A DNA stretch of 64,000 nucleotides. Origin: Auanema rhodensis (taxonomy: Eukaryota > Animalia > Nematoda). The notes beneath the pieces were generated by a model. It was not told the origin of the DNA and did not search any database. It saw nothing but the letters and a program-made list of their open reading frames with translations. Both the position numbers and the translations under genes were made by a program. Shown here piece by piece: positions 41,083-55,075 of this stretch. Each line of letters starts with the position of its first letter. The stretch's first letter is position 1. The DNA lies in assembly GCA_964057225.1 (NCBI GenBank), contig OZ059896.1, positions 13,206,001 through 13,270,000 of the forward strand, given 5' to 3'.

Positions 41083-43992
41083 TCATGAGGAAGTATTGTT
41101 TAAAAAATTCTGAAAATATAGTTATTACGATATACAAATCGGAAATACTTGTATTAGAAGTTTGTTTTCATTTTCCTTTTCTAAAGCTTTTTTCTCTTCA
41201 ATATCAGCCATCTTTTGCATAACTGTTTCAAATCTTTTCACAGATGTAGATAATGCCTCCTGTAAGGCATCGACTCTTCGGTTTACTCTATAAAACAACT
41301 TAGATCGATAAATTCAAATCAAAGTAAAACACAAACATTATATAGTTTCGATGATTTTCATCTAAATGGTTTCTTCTATCTAATTGATTTCTCATTTCAG
41401 TTGAGATCTTATCCATTGTCTAAAACTTTTTTCAACGTTTCTTCTAATAATTTTTTTCCATTTTTTATTTTTATTTCCTCACAGATTTACATAACTACTG
41501 ACCTTCTCATCAAGTGGATCGTACGATTTTATATCAAACTTAGTAAAAGCATCGTTGATATCTTTTTCCTTGAAGCCAGCTCTAAATAGTACGATTTTTC
41601 TAATACAACCTTATTTGTGCAGACCTGACAAGCTCTGTTTTATAAACATCATATGTAATATTTATATCATCAGGACTATCGGGACGTCCTGATCTAGCTT
41701 TCGAGTTCATGAGCCGATTCAATTTCTCAAAAATCGGAAATTACTGAAAGACCAGAAACGACTCACAGCGTTAATCCAGTCAAATAGACTTTCTTTCTTT
41801 TTCTTTTTTTCTAATTCTGCTTTAACTTGTACATACGAATCGTTAATAATAGCTAAAAACATATTCTGAAATTATTTTTATATCCGATGAATCCATTATA
41901 TATATTCTTACTAAAAGAACAAAAAATACGAAGAAAACGTATGATAGGAAGAAAGCGGGACCCAAATATCTATTGGCTCTTTCTAAAGCTAAGTAATCAA
42001 AATCTCCTAGAATAGTTCGAAGAAGAGCGAAAACTGCACTTAGGAATGTGGAATAATCTTCAATCTATTACAAATATATTACTTAGCCCGATAATCTAAA
42101 TTTTACTTGTGTTCCAAATACAAGGTAACCAAATTGAGCATAAGCAAAGAAAAATACGGAAAACATGACGAAGAAACCTCCTATATCTTTGGAAGATCGT
42201 GATAAAGTATCAGATAATTGAGACATTGTTCGATTTACCGATATATATTTGAAAACCTGCGTTCAAAATAAAATCATGAAGGTTTTAAACCCATAATTCA
42301 TACTTTAATAAACGATAGGAAAAGTATAAGAGAAACTATGTGATGATATGAATTTTCGGCTACGACAACATCATCCATAGTTGCAGAAGAAAGGTTTGCT
42401 ATAATCAAACGAATAATTAATATCCAATAAGTGAAAAAGTACATTGGACAATTAGGTTCAAACGACTAGAAACTGTATTAGTACGGCTATATGAGACAAT
42501 AATGGCTGCGATGGATAAACCTAATATGATCATATCGACAATATTCCAAAACGAAATGAAATACTTCATTTTGATTCGAAATATTTCTATAATCTCTTCA
42601 ATCAATAAGAAAAGCTGAAATGAAAGAAAATAATAAGTTGTGTTGTTACAAGTCTGTAATTACTGTGAAACCAACAAAAAGTCCTTCAAATGCAATTAAA
42701 ACAAATCCTTGTGAGCCATTATAACGAAATAGAGAATAAGTATAAAAATTAGGAGTTGTCATTACCCCTCCAGTAGCAGGTAGTTCAAACAAAAGCCTGA
42801 AGGGGAAAAGCCAAAGACAACTATATCAAATAAATATATGTCTTAACCTGGCTATGGTGAATAAATTTACGTTTCCATTAAATAAAGCGAAATCAATTAT
42901 AATTGCTCTAGTTCCACGATCAATAAATCTCATATTCTTTAATATGACTCTTCAATATATGATTGTTCATATGATTTATCACCTTCAATTGTGAAATGAT
43001 GAGGTCAGCTTCAACAGGATCATCTTTAGGTAGTAGTACAACATAGCCGCTGCCTTCGTAATTTGCTAATGTTCCCTGAATGGATTTCGTGCCTAAGCTT
43101 TTTGCCGATTTCCATTCAAATCTTAAACAAAGCAAATACGCATATCAAATTTTTGAAAATATACTTCAGTTTATCATTGCCAAATGTTTGTTTATCCTCA
43201 TTTTTGGCATTATAGTTTGCAAAGCATTGTTTGATTTCCCTTGCGAAACTTTCAGGTACCGTACACGACTTGTTATGAACCTAAACGAAATCCTTGTTTA
43301 CTCAAAAAATAGTTTTTTAAAGAACTTTGAGCATTCGGAGCATTGGCTGCCCAAGAAGCTTGTTCTCATAAAGAATCATTGAATCTTCGGATGACATATT
43401 GTAGACGATATTATCTCGATAAAGGCCTCGAATTAGAACTTTGCTTAGATACTAAACAAAAAAAGTAGTAACATATAAAATAAAATATATTTTACATTCC
43501 AGATATTGTTAATATCTTTAACTTCAGAAAAACTAATTCCCTCTTGTTTGGATGTAACGAAGGCATTGCCTATTGCCTTTGAAAAGAAGAATTTTTGTGA
43601 CGATGAGTACGCAAACGCAACTATTTATATTAAATATAAATATTTTTGATTAAAGTTCTTACTATAGACCAATATTACAAGATAGAAGATATACATAGTG
43701 ATTTCAAATAAGAAATGTACTGAATCCATTCGATTATCTTTATCCACTAAAATTAAAATTAGTGGATACATTTAATTTATATTAGATAACATTTTGCAGC
43801 TCCTAAGATGTCTCTCATATTCATGCTATTTTTTTTAGAAGTTGCTGGTTTATTTTCCTAAGTTAAAAAAAAATATTTGGAATATTCTCTTTAACTAACC
43901 TTATTTTCCTGATGCGGTTCCGCCGTAAATAAAGGTTCACCTGTAATAACCCTGGGAGGATTATCATATTCATTATAATTACTATATTCCAT
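41083..43992 (-). CDS. pkd-2: Polycystin-2 / TRPP channel
   Basis: [82 protein letters not shown]. Confidence 0.95.
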
Positions 43993-44337
43993 ATCTGAAT
44001 TTTCTGTAATAAAGGCGTTTCATTTAAGAATTTGAGACAGATAGGTAGAAATAGAATTATGAACTATATATCGCTAGATCGCCATGAAACAATAATTTTT
44101 AGTTTCTAGGATGTTATTGGTATCTAGCCAACATTGAATTCATATGTTGGTATCTATAGCTACGTTAGATTTTTTGTACAATATCATAAGAGTGTAAATT
44201 CAAAAATCTCATTTCAGACAGATTTATTAGGAATTTGCTTATGCTAAAATAATAAATGGAAGATTACAGTATATCAGTACATACCATATGTCAATATATA
44301 CAAACACTTCATATATCTTAGCTCTTCAAACGAAAAT

Positions 44338-45814
44338 TCATCCTAGTAAGCTTGATGTTTCACAGAATTTTCCTTGCCATCCTGGACTACACAAACATGA
44401 GTAAGATTTCTTTGATCCGTAGCATAGACCGTGTCCAGAACAGCTCAAAATGGGATCGCATAGCGGTTCTGAACAATATTATTTAACGTAGCTAACACTT
44501 TATTGTAACCTATTTCACAGCGTAGTCCTAGGAAACCAGGAGCACATGTACACATTGGAAGCAGTTTCGTACCAAAGCATAATCCATTACCATTACAGTC
44601 TTTCATATCACAGAGTCCTTCTAATCCGGGAAGAGCTTTAAAAATGTTCAATTAGTTGTTATTAGCAGTTTTTTATACCATTCTTTGTTTCACAGAATTT
44701 GCCTGTATAGCCTGGAGAACATACACAAGCAAATTGAGGTTTTGTTCCGAAACATAAACCAGCATTATTACAATCACTCGCTTCACAAATAGTACCACTC
44801 ACTGTAAAGAACTTTGGTTAAGATTTATATGAATATTATTAAAACTTTTTTGGCAACGATTCCCACTGAAGCCAAGATGACAAGCACAGAAAAAGTTTTC
44901 TTTAGTTCCCAAACATAATCCATTGTTATTACAATCTTTTGGATCACAAATAGGATGAGGAGCTGCAAATTAGAAAAGTTTGAAGAACTATTAACTACCA
45001 AATACTTATTTCACAGGTTTTTCCAGTGTAACCTAATTCACAAGCACAAACGAAAGAATTTTTTGTTCCCATACAAACACCTTTATTATTGCAATCACTT
45101 GCTGAGCAAAATGTGAGTGGAGCACTAGGATCAACATTAACTGCAACACGAGTTATCAGAAAACGTAATGTAAATCATGTAATCGTAATAAAATAAATAT
45201 CTATTCAAACTTACGCAGTCCTGGCATAGAATCCTGACAACGCTTTCCTGTTTTGCCCAAATAGCATAAACATAGAGGATTTTCTTTAGTTCCTACACAA
45301 ACTCCTTGATTATTGCAATCACTGGGTGAGCATAAGTTATTTGTAGAGAGAGACGCATCTTAATCATTAATTCAAAAAAAAAACTTTATTTCTCTTTATT
45401 ACCGTTTTGGACCTTAGTTTCACACTTGGGACCAGAATAACCTACGTTGCAATAGCAAGTTCCAAGCATGCAGGTACCTACATTAGAACAATCAAGGGCA
45501 GTCAGGCATTTTGAATTTAAATTAGGTAGCCCTGGTAAGGTATTGTCAAGTTCTATAATTCCAGAAATGATATACAGTATTTAACAGACAAAAAAACTTA
45601 TTTCACAATTCAATCCTATGTAGTTCGGCTCACAAACGCACAGTGGTAACAATTCAGAGCCAAGACAAGTTCCATGACCATTGCAATTACTGTTGCTGCA
45701 TGTCTTCAATCAAGGATTTTCAAAAAAAAAAATTAAAATCCAACTTACGAAAGATGTAGCTGTAGTAGCAAAAGCCAATACTAAAAACAAAAGCATACTG
45801 GTTGTATACGCCAT
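44338..45814 (-). CDS. Secreted protein of eight tandem EGF-like domains
   Basis: Signal peptide MAYTTSMLLFLVLAFA; eight six-Cys modules with consensus C...DCN..G.C.GTK....C.C..G..G..CE; TATA-like sequence just upstream. Confidence 0.9.
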
Positions 45815-46242
45815 GTAGATGATCCCTTCTTTTATATAAATCTTTTTAATCAGCAACTAAAGGTTTTCCAGCTGTATAAATGTCCAATAGCATAGTTCGT
45901 TGATTTGATCAACTACATTAATTATATTTACATTTTGAACAGTAACAAACATGAAGCTATTAGTTTGAACACGATGCGACTAAAGTAAAATATATCAGTA
46001 ATTTAAAAAATTTTTTTTTCATGACGTAACTGTTTGCTCTTGGCTTTGCTAAGGTACACACGTTCATTATTTTTGATTGTATTCATATAGTACAACATTT
46101 CCTTTTTCATTTTTTATGATTAATGTTTAAAGTTTTGAATTAACAAACAATTGAGCCAAGAATTATATTTATTATTCCATAGTTATAACAATACCAAAAT
46201 GAAGTTTTTGTTGATCATATGAAACATTACATGTACACATTT

Positions 46243-47884
46243 TCACTTACAATGGATATATACTTCTGACGCTCCTCCTCTGTCATAGAATCTACCATTT
46301 CCTGCGTTACATCTTCGATATTGACCTTAATAAAGCTTGTGTAATATAAGAAAAACAAAAGTATATCACTTTTACGCCTTGTACTTCCACTTCCATTTCT
46401 TCCTCTTCCTCGTCGAAGTTGTCATCATTATCTTCATTATTATCTCCGGAATTGGTAGCATTTTCATCAGTTTTGAACTTTTTGGCAGATGGTTCAGACT
46501 GTAAGCCTTCTAATTCTACTAGCATATTAAAACTGATATCCGTTGAAGATTTAACTTCTTCTTTGAAACCCCTAAACAGTGACTCCGAGTCAAAAAATGA
46601 TGAGGCTATTTGAATATTACGTTTCTGATGCTAAAGCAGCAGCAGCCTGGGCATGTTCTGTTCCTTGAGTAATTGCATCATCTTGAAGCCAGAGGGGTAC
46701 TTGTTTGGCTTCTTCCATAGGTTTACTAAACAATATGTATATGTATTTGTTTCAAATAAAATCGAAAAAACTTCGTAAGATCAGCATTGAGATCAACAGT
46801 AATTTCATCACCAGCATTGTAGTGCAGAATGTTGGAATCTCGATGGCCTGAGAAAGATTTACCACCGAGTGCAATACGCTCAGAGGGTTGTGAGAAATCA
46901 ACCAATGTTTGCTGGCTTTCATCTAATTTCAATAACTTTTTAATTGTCAAATTAAAAAAATATACTGTTTTTATCTTCCTCAGCAAGAAATTGATTAATA
47001 TCTGGTTCCAGAAGATGAGGTGCTAACTGAATTCCAGCTAATTCACGTATAGCACTAAAAAGAGGACACATTTGTTCATTGAATCGAGCCAACAATGATC
47101 TAAAACGAAAAATTAAATGAATAAAAATTAGTCTGGTTCATATTTGCCTGGTAATCTGAGTTGGTCCTCCAGATTCATCCTGTGTAACTTCACCTTGACA
47201 ACGCCAACACTTTAAAGTTCCGGTGTAGGGATCAAGAATACGATCAACCTCTAAAGTCTTCAAAAAAAGAAATAATTTCATTATCATTTCTTCTTCATCA
47301 CCTCATATTGGGAACCACACCCTTCACATTTATAGACCGCTCTTTGGACGTCTTCCTTCTCTTTTGCTTCGAGCTTTTGTCTGAAAGCAAGAGTAAGTTA
47401 ATGTATTTTTGATAAATAAGCTTTACACCTCATGTGATCGACTTTATATTTCAAAACATTTAAAATAGCTCGATAGTTTATAAAATAAAAAATTATAGAC
47501 ATTGACCGGCCACTTTCATTTTTGAACGGTAGCAAACGTTCCTTAACTAATTTTTCCGATTTAAGTGTAGCTAGTTTCTAAAATAAACATTCGAAATAAT
47601 TCCATTTAATATGCATACCTGTCTCAAATCTCGCTGTTCAAAATTCAACCGCTTTCGAAGATTCTCTTCTCGAATACAAACAGCTTTCATGATATAATAT
47701 ACTATTAGAAAATATTGCTATAATTAAAGAAAACATTTTAAATAATTTTTTAACTTAATAAACAAACATCACCAAAGAAATTTTTCACCATGAGTAAGAG
47801 AGCACGATCCAAACTAGGAGGTACAGACGTTACAACAGTAATTTCTGATTTCTCAACAGATACACTTCCTGTAGCAGCTGCCAT
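46243..47884 (-). CDS. GTF2E1: General transcription factor TFIIE alpha subunit
   Basis: INYRAILNVLKYKVDHMR, YKCEGC..LKCWRC zinc ribbon, LARFNEQM, KQVPLWLQ, acidic C-terminal domain with MTEEERQKYI. Confidence 0.92.
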
Positions 47885-48121
47885 CTAAATCAACCATATC
47901 AGTGAAATCTTTTCCAGTGAAACAAATTATGTATATTATATACATATATATATATATATTAAAGATTAGAACTTTTGCAACATACATTTATAAGTGTTTT
48001 TCTATTAAAACAAGCGTAAACAATAACAATATATATTTAACAACTAAATAATACATCAAATCAATCCATCTATACTATTCATAATTAAATCTCTATTAAA
48101 ATAACACCCGATTTAACGCTA

Positions 48122-51100
48122 TTACGAAGAACTGTCTTCTCTATTCTCATGCAGGTGATAGAAAGCTGGTGGATCATAGAAGTCACAAATAGCTCCAACA
48201 CTTGGATCTCGTCCCTATAAGAAAAAGTTTTTTTTTGACAATGTAAAAAAAACAAACTTGGAATCTTCTATATAAAACTTTAGTAACATCTCCTGATCCT
48301 GAATAAAGCAATCGTGTCTTTAATCTGTTACCAGTCTTGATAACGTCATTCTCATTGTCAAATGTCTCGTGTATGTCAAGAGCCAACATCTTAAAATAAT
48401 ATATGTTAAACAATAAATAAACTTATGAATTACCTCATTCCACAATTTCCGATAGTACATGCTCATATGAGGTTGCATTGCCATAATCGGAACAAATGAA
48501 CATGGATGATAATCTGTTTTATGAGAACGGAATGGAAAATATTCTTTGGACATATCACGATAAAGATCTAGCCAGAATTTATCTCTGAAATAGTTGTAAT
48601 GAGAAAAATTCGAGTACATTTGAATTACTTTCTATTCTCTAATTCATATAATGACAAATCATAATCAGACCAAAATAGAGTTCTGTATGTATCCCATAAG
48701 GTTGCGCGAGAGAGCGCCAAAGCAGCGTGGTTAGCTTGATCTTCAGATAAAGGATTTCCAGTAAGCTTAATGTATATATATATAAAAATAAATGAATACC
48801 ACTGAAAATAAACTTACAATATGATTAGAACTCAACGACTGAAGTAAAGAGGGTTTATATATGAAGAAACTAAGGAAGGATGGAAACATATCAGCTGCGT
48901 CCCAATCACTTGCATAAAAAGGTGCCCATGGTATAGAAATATCTCTATATGGTGACTTAGACAGCAAAAGTTGAAGAGATCTTCCAAACTGTAATAGAAT
49001 CTCATAAAATGGTTAGAAATTGAATTGAAATATACATGAAACAAGAGTTTTTGCAACTGCTGGTAATGAAGAAGAGAAGGACCGTTTGGTGTGGGAGGAA
49101 CTGCCGATCCTATCAAGTATACTAACTTATCCAACCCACGTTCGACAGACGCAGCTATAATCAAACATTTAAAAAACGTGGTTAAATTGAAATATCGTAC
49201 TTCGTCCTAATAAAGTATTCCAACCAGCCCTTTTGCTTTCTCTGTCATACGGATCGATGTATAATCTTCCCAAATGAGCATTATCTGATAAATCTTTTAC
49301 GGCGAACACTTTGACATCTGGATGAGCACATTCAAGACCTTTAACTTCCTGAAATGTGCACAATATAAACTATTAAAAAGTAAAATCAAACTTTAAATTC
49401 TAATCCAAATATATGTGATACTACGCTGACCATGTTTTGGAAAGTCTCCCAAAATGGGAAATGATTCATAAGGTCGATGCTGTTTACACTGTAATAAGAA
49501 AGAAAATATTTCAAATCATGAATCCAGTCCAAACTCATAATGATCCTCTGCCTCCCTACGACATATATAGAATAAATCATGTGCTTGTAGATCAGATGTG
49601 ATCATTTCCTTGGACTGTGCATAAGCCGTCCAAGATTCCATTCTGTCAATGAACACAGGGCGAATTCGTCGAACCAAACTTGAAAAACAAACGGCATAGA
49701 TGACAATATATATTGATAAACTAACGCATTCAAGAAATTCCGGACAGTCTCTGGTGATGAAGACATTTTATTTGATAGCCTATGCTCCGCTATTGATGAA
49801 TATCCGAGAGTTTTCGCCAATCCTTCACTGAAAACAAAGGTTTCGAAAACACTAGAAAAGACAATTTCACTTATTATGCCGTAATTCCTCTATATTGATA
49901 GAATTGTTGTAGAAATCATGTTCAAATGATGCTTTGCTAGTCCATTTTTCCCATGCTTCGGCACGAACCTATAACATATGTTAATTATAAAAAGACAAAG
50001 AGACTTACACTGCGATCTGCACAATATTCCATAAATGGATAAACGATATGTGGAGTCATATATCCTCTCCAGGGGCCATTTTCAAACTGTTCCCTGAATA
50101 AAATCATTTTTACGATAAAAAATAATAAAGTCATACGGTTTTATCGCCAGTTTCTGAAGAATATGTGGAGGTGCATCGCTAAGAAGACGTCTATCAGAAA
50201 TAGTCCAAATATTTTGATCATTGGTAGCCATTACGTTAGAACTAAATATCAATAATAAGAAATATATAACTAAAAGTTGATTAATAATACATGTATTTAC
50301 TGCGATATTCGTCGATAAATCTTCCCCATGAACCAATGAGCTTACGAATTTTTTCATCAGATTTATCCAGTCCACTAGCATTTATCTGAAAAAGTTAAAT
50401 TTACATTTAATAATAAATGCGGAAAATGTTAACCTCTAACAAATACCATTCCAACAACCTAAGTTGCCACTCATTCAATCCATCTTTAGCTGCATATAAT
50501 TGCTGAAACGTTGTGATTAATTCAGAATCGCTGTTTTGAATATACCTTAATAGCATGCTGAAAATCAGGACTCATTAATTTCTCCATTTGATCACGAGCA
50601 CAAGTGATCTTTATCTGAAATCAAGCAAATACAAAGCAATCATAAAACCTTCGGATGATACATGGTGAAGATCATCATCAAATAGTTTTCTATTGCAATC
50701 CGGCCAATCAGTAAGCATTTTCAATAATAATGTTTGAAAGGCGTAATTAACTTCCCATTCCTCAGTCAACAAGGGCTCAACCACATTCTCAAAAGTTCGT
50801 TCGTCTTGTGGAACTGAAGTAAAAATTAATACAAATGTATAAATGTAGTACTAACTCTCTTTTAAATGCTCTAGATGCTCCATGCTTGTGGCCCCGTATT
50901 CCATCAATAAACGAACAGTTCCTTCATACATTTCCTGAAGTATTTTATTTATTTCAGGAATTCTATAACAAATAAACTTTTGGTGTTGAAGATATTTTTG
51001 GCCAGTCCTCATTTTTAGCTATATTAAAGAGAAATCCATTATTTTCAACAGTTTCTTCTGGAATATGAGGAAATCTAAAAGACATTGTAAGAAATTGAAT

Positions 51101-51350
51101 TATATTGATGAAATACATGACATAATAACCAACAATCCTGGACGGAGTTTCATTTCCCATTTTAAAAAGAATATTTCTTTCTTGATTCGAAATTGCACAT
51201 TTTATTTTATTGGTGTTCGTAAGTAATTTTCTTCTTGTCTAAATAATAAGATTATGAATTTATTTAAATTAATATGCACACATGAATGTATTGAATCTGG
51301 TGTCCGTTCTTAAAAAACCTGAAGAGGTTTCGTGTAGGAAATCGAGCCAT
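48122..51350 (-). CDS. M3-family oligopeptidase homolog, probably catalytically inactive
   Basis: MAKTLGY..HRLSNKM, HPDVKVF, LGRLYIDPYDRESKRAGW, YYRKLW and YRRFQGRDP show the M3A fold; HEXXH is replaced by FHFGR. Confidence 0.85.
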
Positions 51351-51765
51351 ATTGTCTAAAATGAAACTAATTTATGTTATACAATTTCAAAACAATGCTT
51401 TTTTTCTGCTAAAAAAATGTGCAAAAAAAAGAAGCTTTTCACATATCCGATGAAAGTGTTGAATTAAATTTCAAAGTATTAAGTGGAGTGTTTATATAAT
51501 ATTATTTCATATAATGGTCTTGAACGGAATTTTTCATTTTTTATCTGAAAATCTTGGAGCTATTTTAACTTATATGAATATCGTTTACTAGTTATTATGA
51601 AAGTAATCCATTATTAAAATTTTAATTCCTCGTGTTATATGAAACAATTCTATTATGATTTTTTCATTTGTCGAATTGTTGTTTTCTGGCTAGCAAATTA
51701 TCTCAATAAAACTTGTTTGTTTTTTTAATGACTGAAATAATATATCAGTTAGTTATATTAACAGA

Positions 51766-54700
51766 ATGGACGAACATCATGATGAAAATAAGTTGAACTT
51801 CAGTAGTTTACCCACAACTTCAACAGAAGAAGTGGTATATAATACACCACACATTGGTAGTTATCATAACATCTCTTTAATATAAATGTTTTATTTAAGA
51901 GATTGAACAGTTCGATATTGGGGAAAATGCTAATGCGTTGGAATTAACTTCTGAAGAAGTCGGTGTATGGGATACACATATGCATAGGCAGTCTCGAACT
52001 AGAAGAAGTCGTGGAGCCTCTCAGTAGGTACTTGATAGACTTTGATTTGATAATTTTTTTTCTTCTGTGTAGGGTAGTCCATATCATTAATCCGCGGCGT
52101 ATGCCAGCACGGCAGGCTAGAGTTAAATCATTCAGAGATTTGATTGATGATCGTATGCAATCTCAAGAATCTGAATGTAAAATGCAAAAGGATTCAATTC
52201 TTACGATATTTAAAATTGTTTATAGTAACTTCTACAATGAAAGAAGAATCTGTATCTAGAATATTTGTAACTAATGATGTTCCTGGTCGGCATTTAGAAT
52301 GGATCATGTTTAGTTGTAACCCAGAGACTTTCGCAGTTGCAGCTCAAATTATATTAACAGGAGCTAACTGTGTAAGGATAAGATTTTTTTTCTTTTAAAT
52401 GAAGTATTTAAGCTCTCCTCCGAAAAAATATGTGCTTCCCCTCCACAAGAATTCACAGGAGTTGGTTCATTTGTAGTTGACGTTTCTGGATTCAGAAATA
52501 GGCATGAGATTGCGCTAGATTCGCTCGGCTCTTGGGGAGTTCCCCAAGGTAGTTCTAAGTGCGGAATACACACACTTTATGCAAGTAAATAGCACGTTTC
52601 AGATTTTTCAAATTAAACAATTCCAACAAAGCGGTAGTTTCTACCAGTGTAGATTTCATGGTTAAAGTAATTTAATGTTCTAAGCCAAAGCTTCTTAAAC
52701 TTATATTCAGGTTTATTGTAATCGTTATGTTCATCCGGGTACTGATTCTAGAGGATCTTTTATTAAAAAAATCTATACTGGTTTCAAAAAAAAGTTGCTC
52801 GATGTTCATGATTGAATATAGGTATAAGCAGAAATGGATTGCCATCTTGCCATGCTGTTATCGTCTATGAATGGGAAGGAACTCCTCATCCTGTTGCTGT
52901 GGATACATCTACGATTCCTTTATCGGACTCCATAAAAGAGCGACCAATAGGCTCTCGTTCTTGGGAGGTGCTATTTCGCCTAAAAAGATTTACTTGTTAT
53001 TACCATGTGACATTCAGTGTCCTAAGGCAGATTTACAACAAGATGAAATGACCACATATAGAGGACAGCCAATATTCAAGAAAGTTACGATAGATTTTGA
53101 GTCCGCGTGTAGAATATTGATGGCGACGTTCTTAATACCAGAAAATAGGTAATGTTTCCTTAATTGTACTAGCCATGAATTTTCAAATCTTCATCTCCTT
53201 ACATGTTTTATATCCGAATTTAAATTATGTGATAAGCTTTGTGAGAGATATCAATGTACTGTACTGTAATTTATTAAAACAATCAACCAAACCAAAATTA
53301 TGAACATAGCTTAATAGCTTGTTTTATTTTTATTATCATATAAGAAAGTGAAAGTAGTTATTTATGTCACCCTCAGCAACGCGGCTCGCCGCCTGCTTGC
53401 CGCTCGCATGACGAGAAGGCCTACGGCTGACTATCGATCGGTCTTCGTGTAGAAACGATGTGTTAACTTTCTATATCATTTGACTCTTTTTTGATAGCAT
53501 TGTTAAGTGTACTTCTGCAAACGTATTAAGATTTTGATATCTCTTCTAATCGGTTAAGTTTAATTGATGGAGTATTTTCAGTGGTTTTTTTTGAATGGGT
53601 CATAAAAATGCTTTGAATTAATAAGAAATCGTTTCTATCTTATTTTGGATAGATTGTATTATATTCAAACTTTATATTCATGCCACATCTTTTGTTTATA
53701 TATTCAATATGTGATAAATTTGACCATATTTTACGGATATGCATAGCTTGATTACAGAATATGCACTCGTGTCCCACAACAGTATCGCGAATGCGGAACC
53801 TTTGTGCTAGATATAGCAAGATGTGGTGGAGAACGGGCAATTGGACGGGACGGAAGAGAATGGAATAAACCTTCTGGTAGTAGTAGGTGATCATTTTGCA
53901 TCCTTTTTGATATATAATTACTTTTTGTTTAGGTTCTTTCGTTTTGATGATGATGGTAACGCTATCAGAGTTGATACAAGTTTACAAACTCCAGGACAGG
54001 ATGATTTTGATGTTCAGGCATGTTTTAATATTTTCCTTTAGTTGTAGTATTGTTTTATTCTTGCTTTTTTCTTCATTTTCTAATAATAACTATTTATATT
54101 GGGACTTTTTTATTGGGTCTGAATATCTTTTTAAGGGGTTTTTGCTCTTAGGTTTTCCGATTTCAAATTATTTATGTAGTTTATATATTGATATACTTTT
54201 CCTCTTTCAATGCTTCTTTTATGAGTTTTTAGCAATATTTGAAAAGCTTTTGAGTAATTAGAAAGTTTCTCACATGCTAAGCTTAAGTTTGAAGTTTCTT
54301 CTACATTGCACTTTTGTTCGAAAACAAAATATCTCAAATGACGTATTGATCTGTGCTAAATACTCTGATCATCTTCACCGATTATATTTTTCTTTCAGAT
54401 TGTTGCTAAACGTTACGAAACTCCACAGCTAGTTGGGTTGGTTAGAAAAATCTTTGTTGCAAGAGAAAAGGGAGAGCCAAGAGTTAACAGCCATTTAGCT
54501 GTTGTAACATATTTATATCGAACTCCTCAGGACAAAGTAAACTTATTTGTTTATTTTTTACATTTCTTGTTTTGTATAGGGTACAATTATGAACGGTCGA
54601 ATTGTTCTCCAAAAGAAAAGGAATTTGTCGCGGGAAGAACTGATAGTCGATGGCTATTCTCAAAATAGGATTCACTCTAAAGGTTTGAATAATAAGTATA

Positions 54701-55075
54701 TCATTAATTGTGCTCGCTTAATAGACTCCAATGTATGTGAACTGAAACGCTTGACATTAGAAAAGCAAGTTTTAAATCAAAACAGACTTAGTTCGTTACT
54801 GGATAGAGCAGAAGCTGTTTTTGATAGATTAGAGCAGGTTAATAATTATATATAAGCTGAATGATTTTTGCTATTTTTTTCAGAATACCGATAGTAATGA
54901 TATTTCATATTTTCGGCAGGTAGCATCCGAATGGGGTAGGGGTGCGTCGTCAACATCTAGACAATCTGATGATAACAACAAAGAAAAGTTTGAGTTTGTG
55001 GATGATACGCTACAAGATACTGGCGAGATAACTCAAAGAGCAGAAACACATTTTGATAATCATCAATATGAGTGA
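51766..55075 (+). CDS. Uncharacterised nematode-type protein with two homologous domains and a coiled-coil tail
   Basis: Repeated pattern F..A..IL..IC...PQ....G.FV.D..W..P.GSS(K/R)FF..RY....(I/V)(K/R)KI..AV(I/V).Y; the exons join in frame. Confidence 0.75.

Noticed and set aside
46180-46250. Non-canonical final intron in TFIIE-alpha (GTAAGT donor-like word with no nearby AG)
   Set aside because: Reading through gives an immediate stop (YIHCK*), which is the simpler model; it cannot be resolved without cDNA
51963-51987. Apparent 25-nt ultra-short intron
   Set aside because: An ordinary intron of about 55 nt (GTTGGA...GGCAG) restores the same frame
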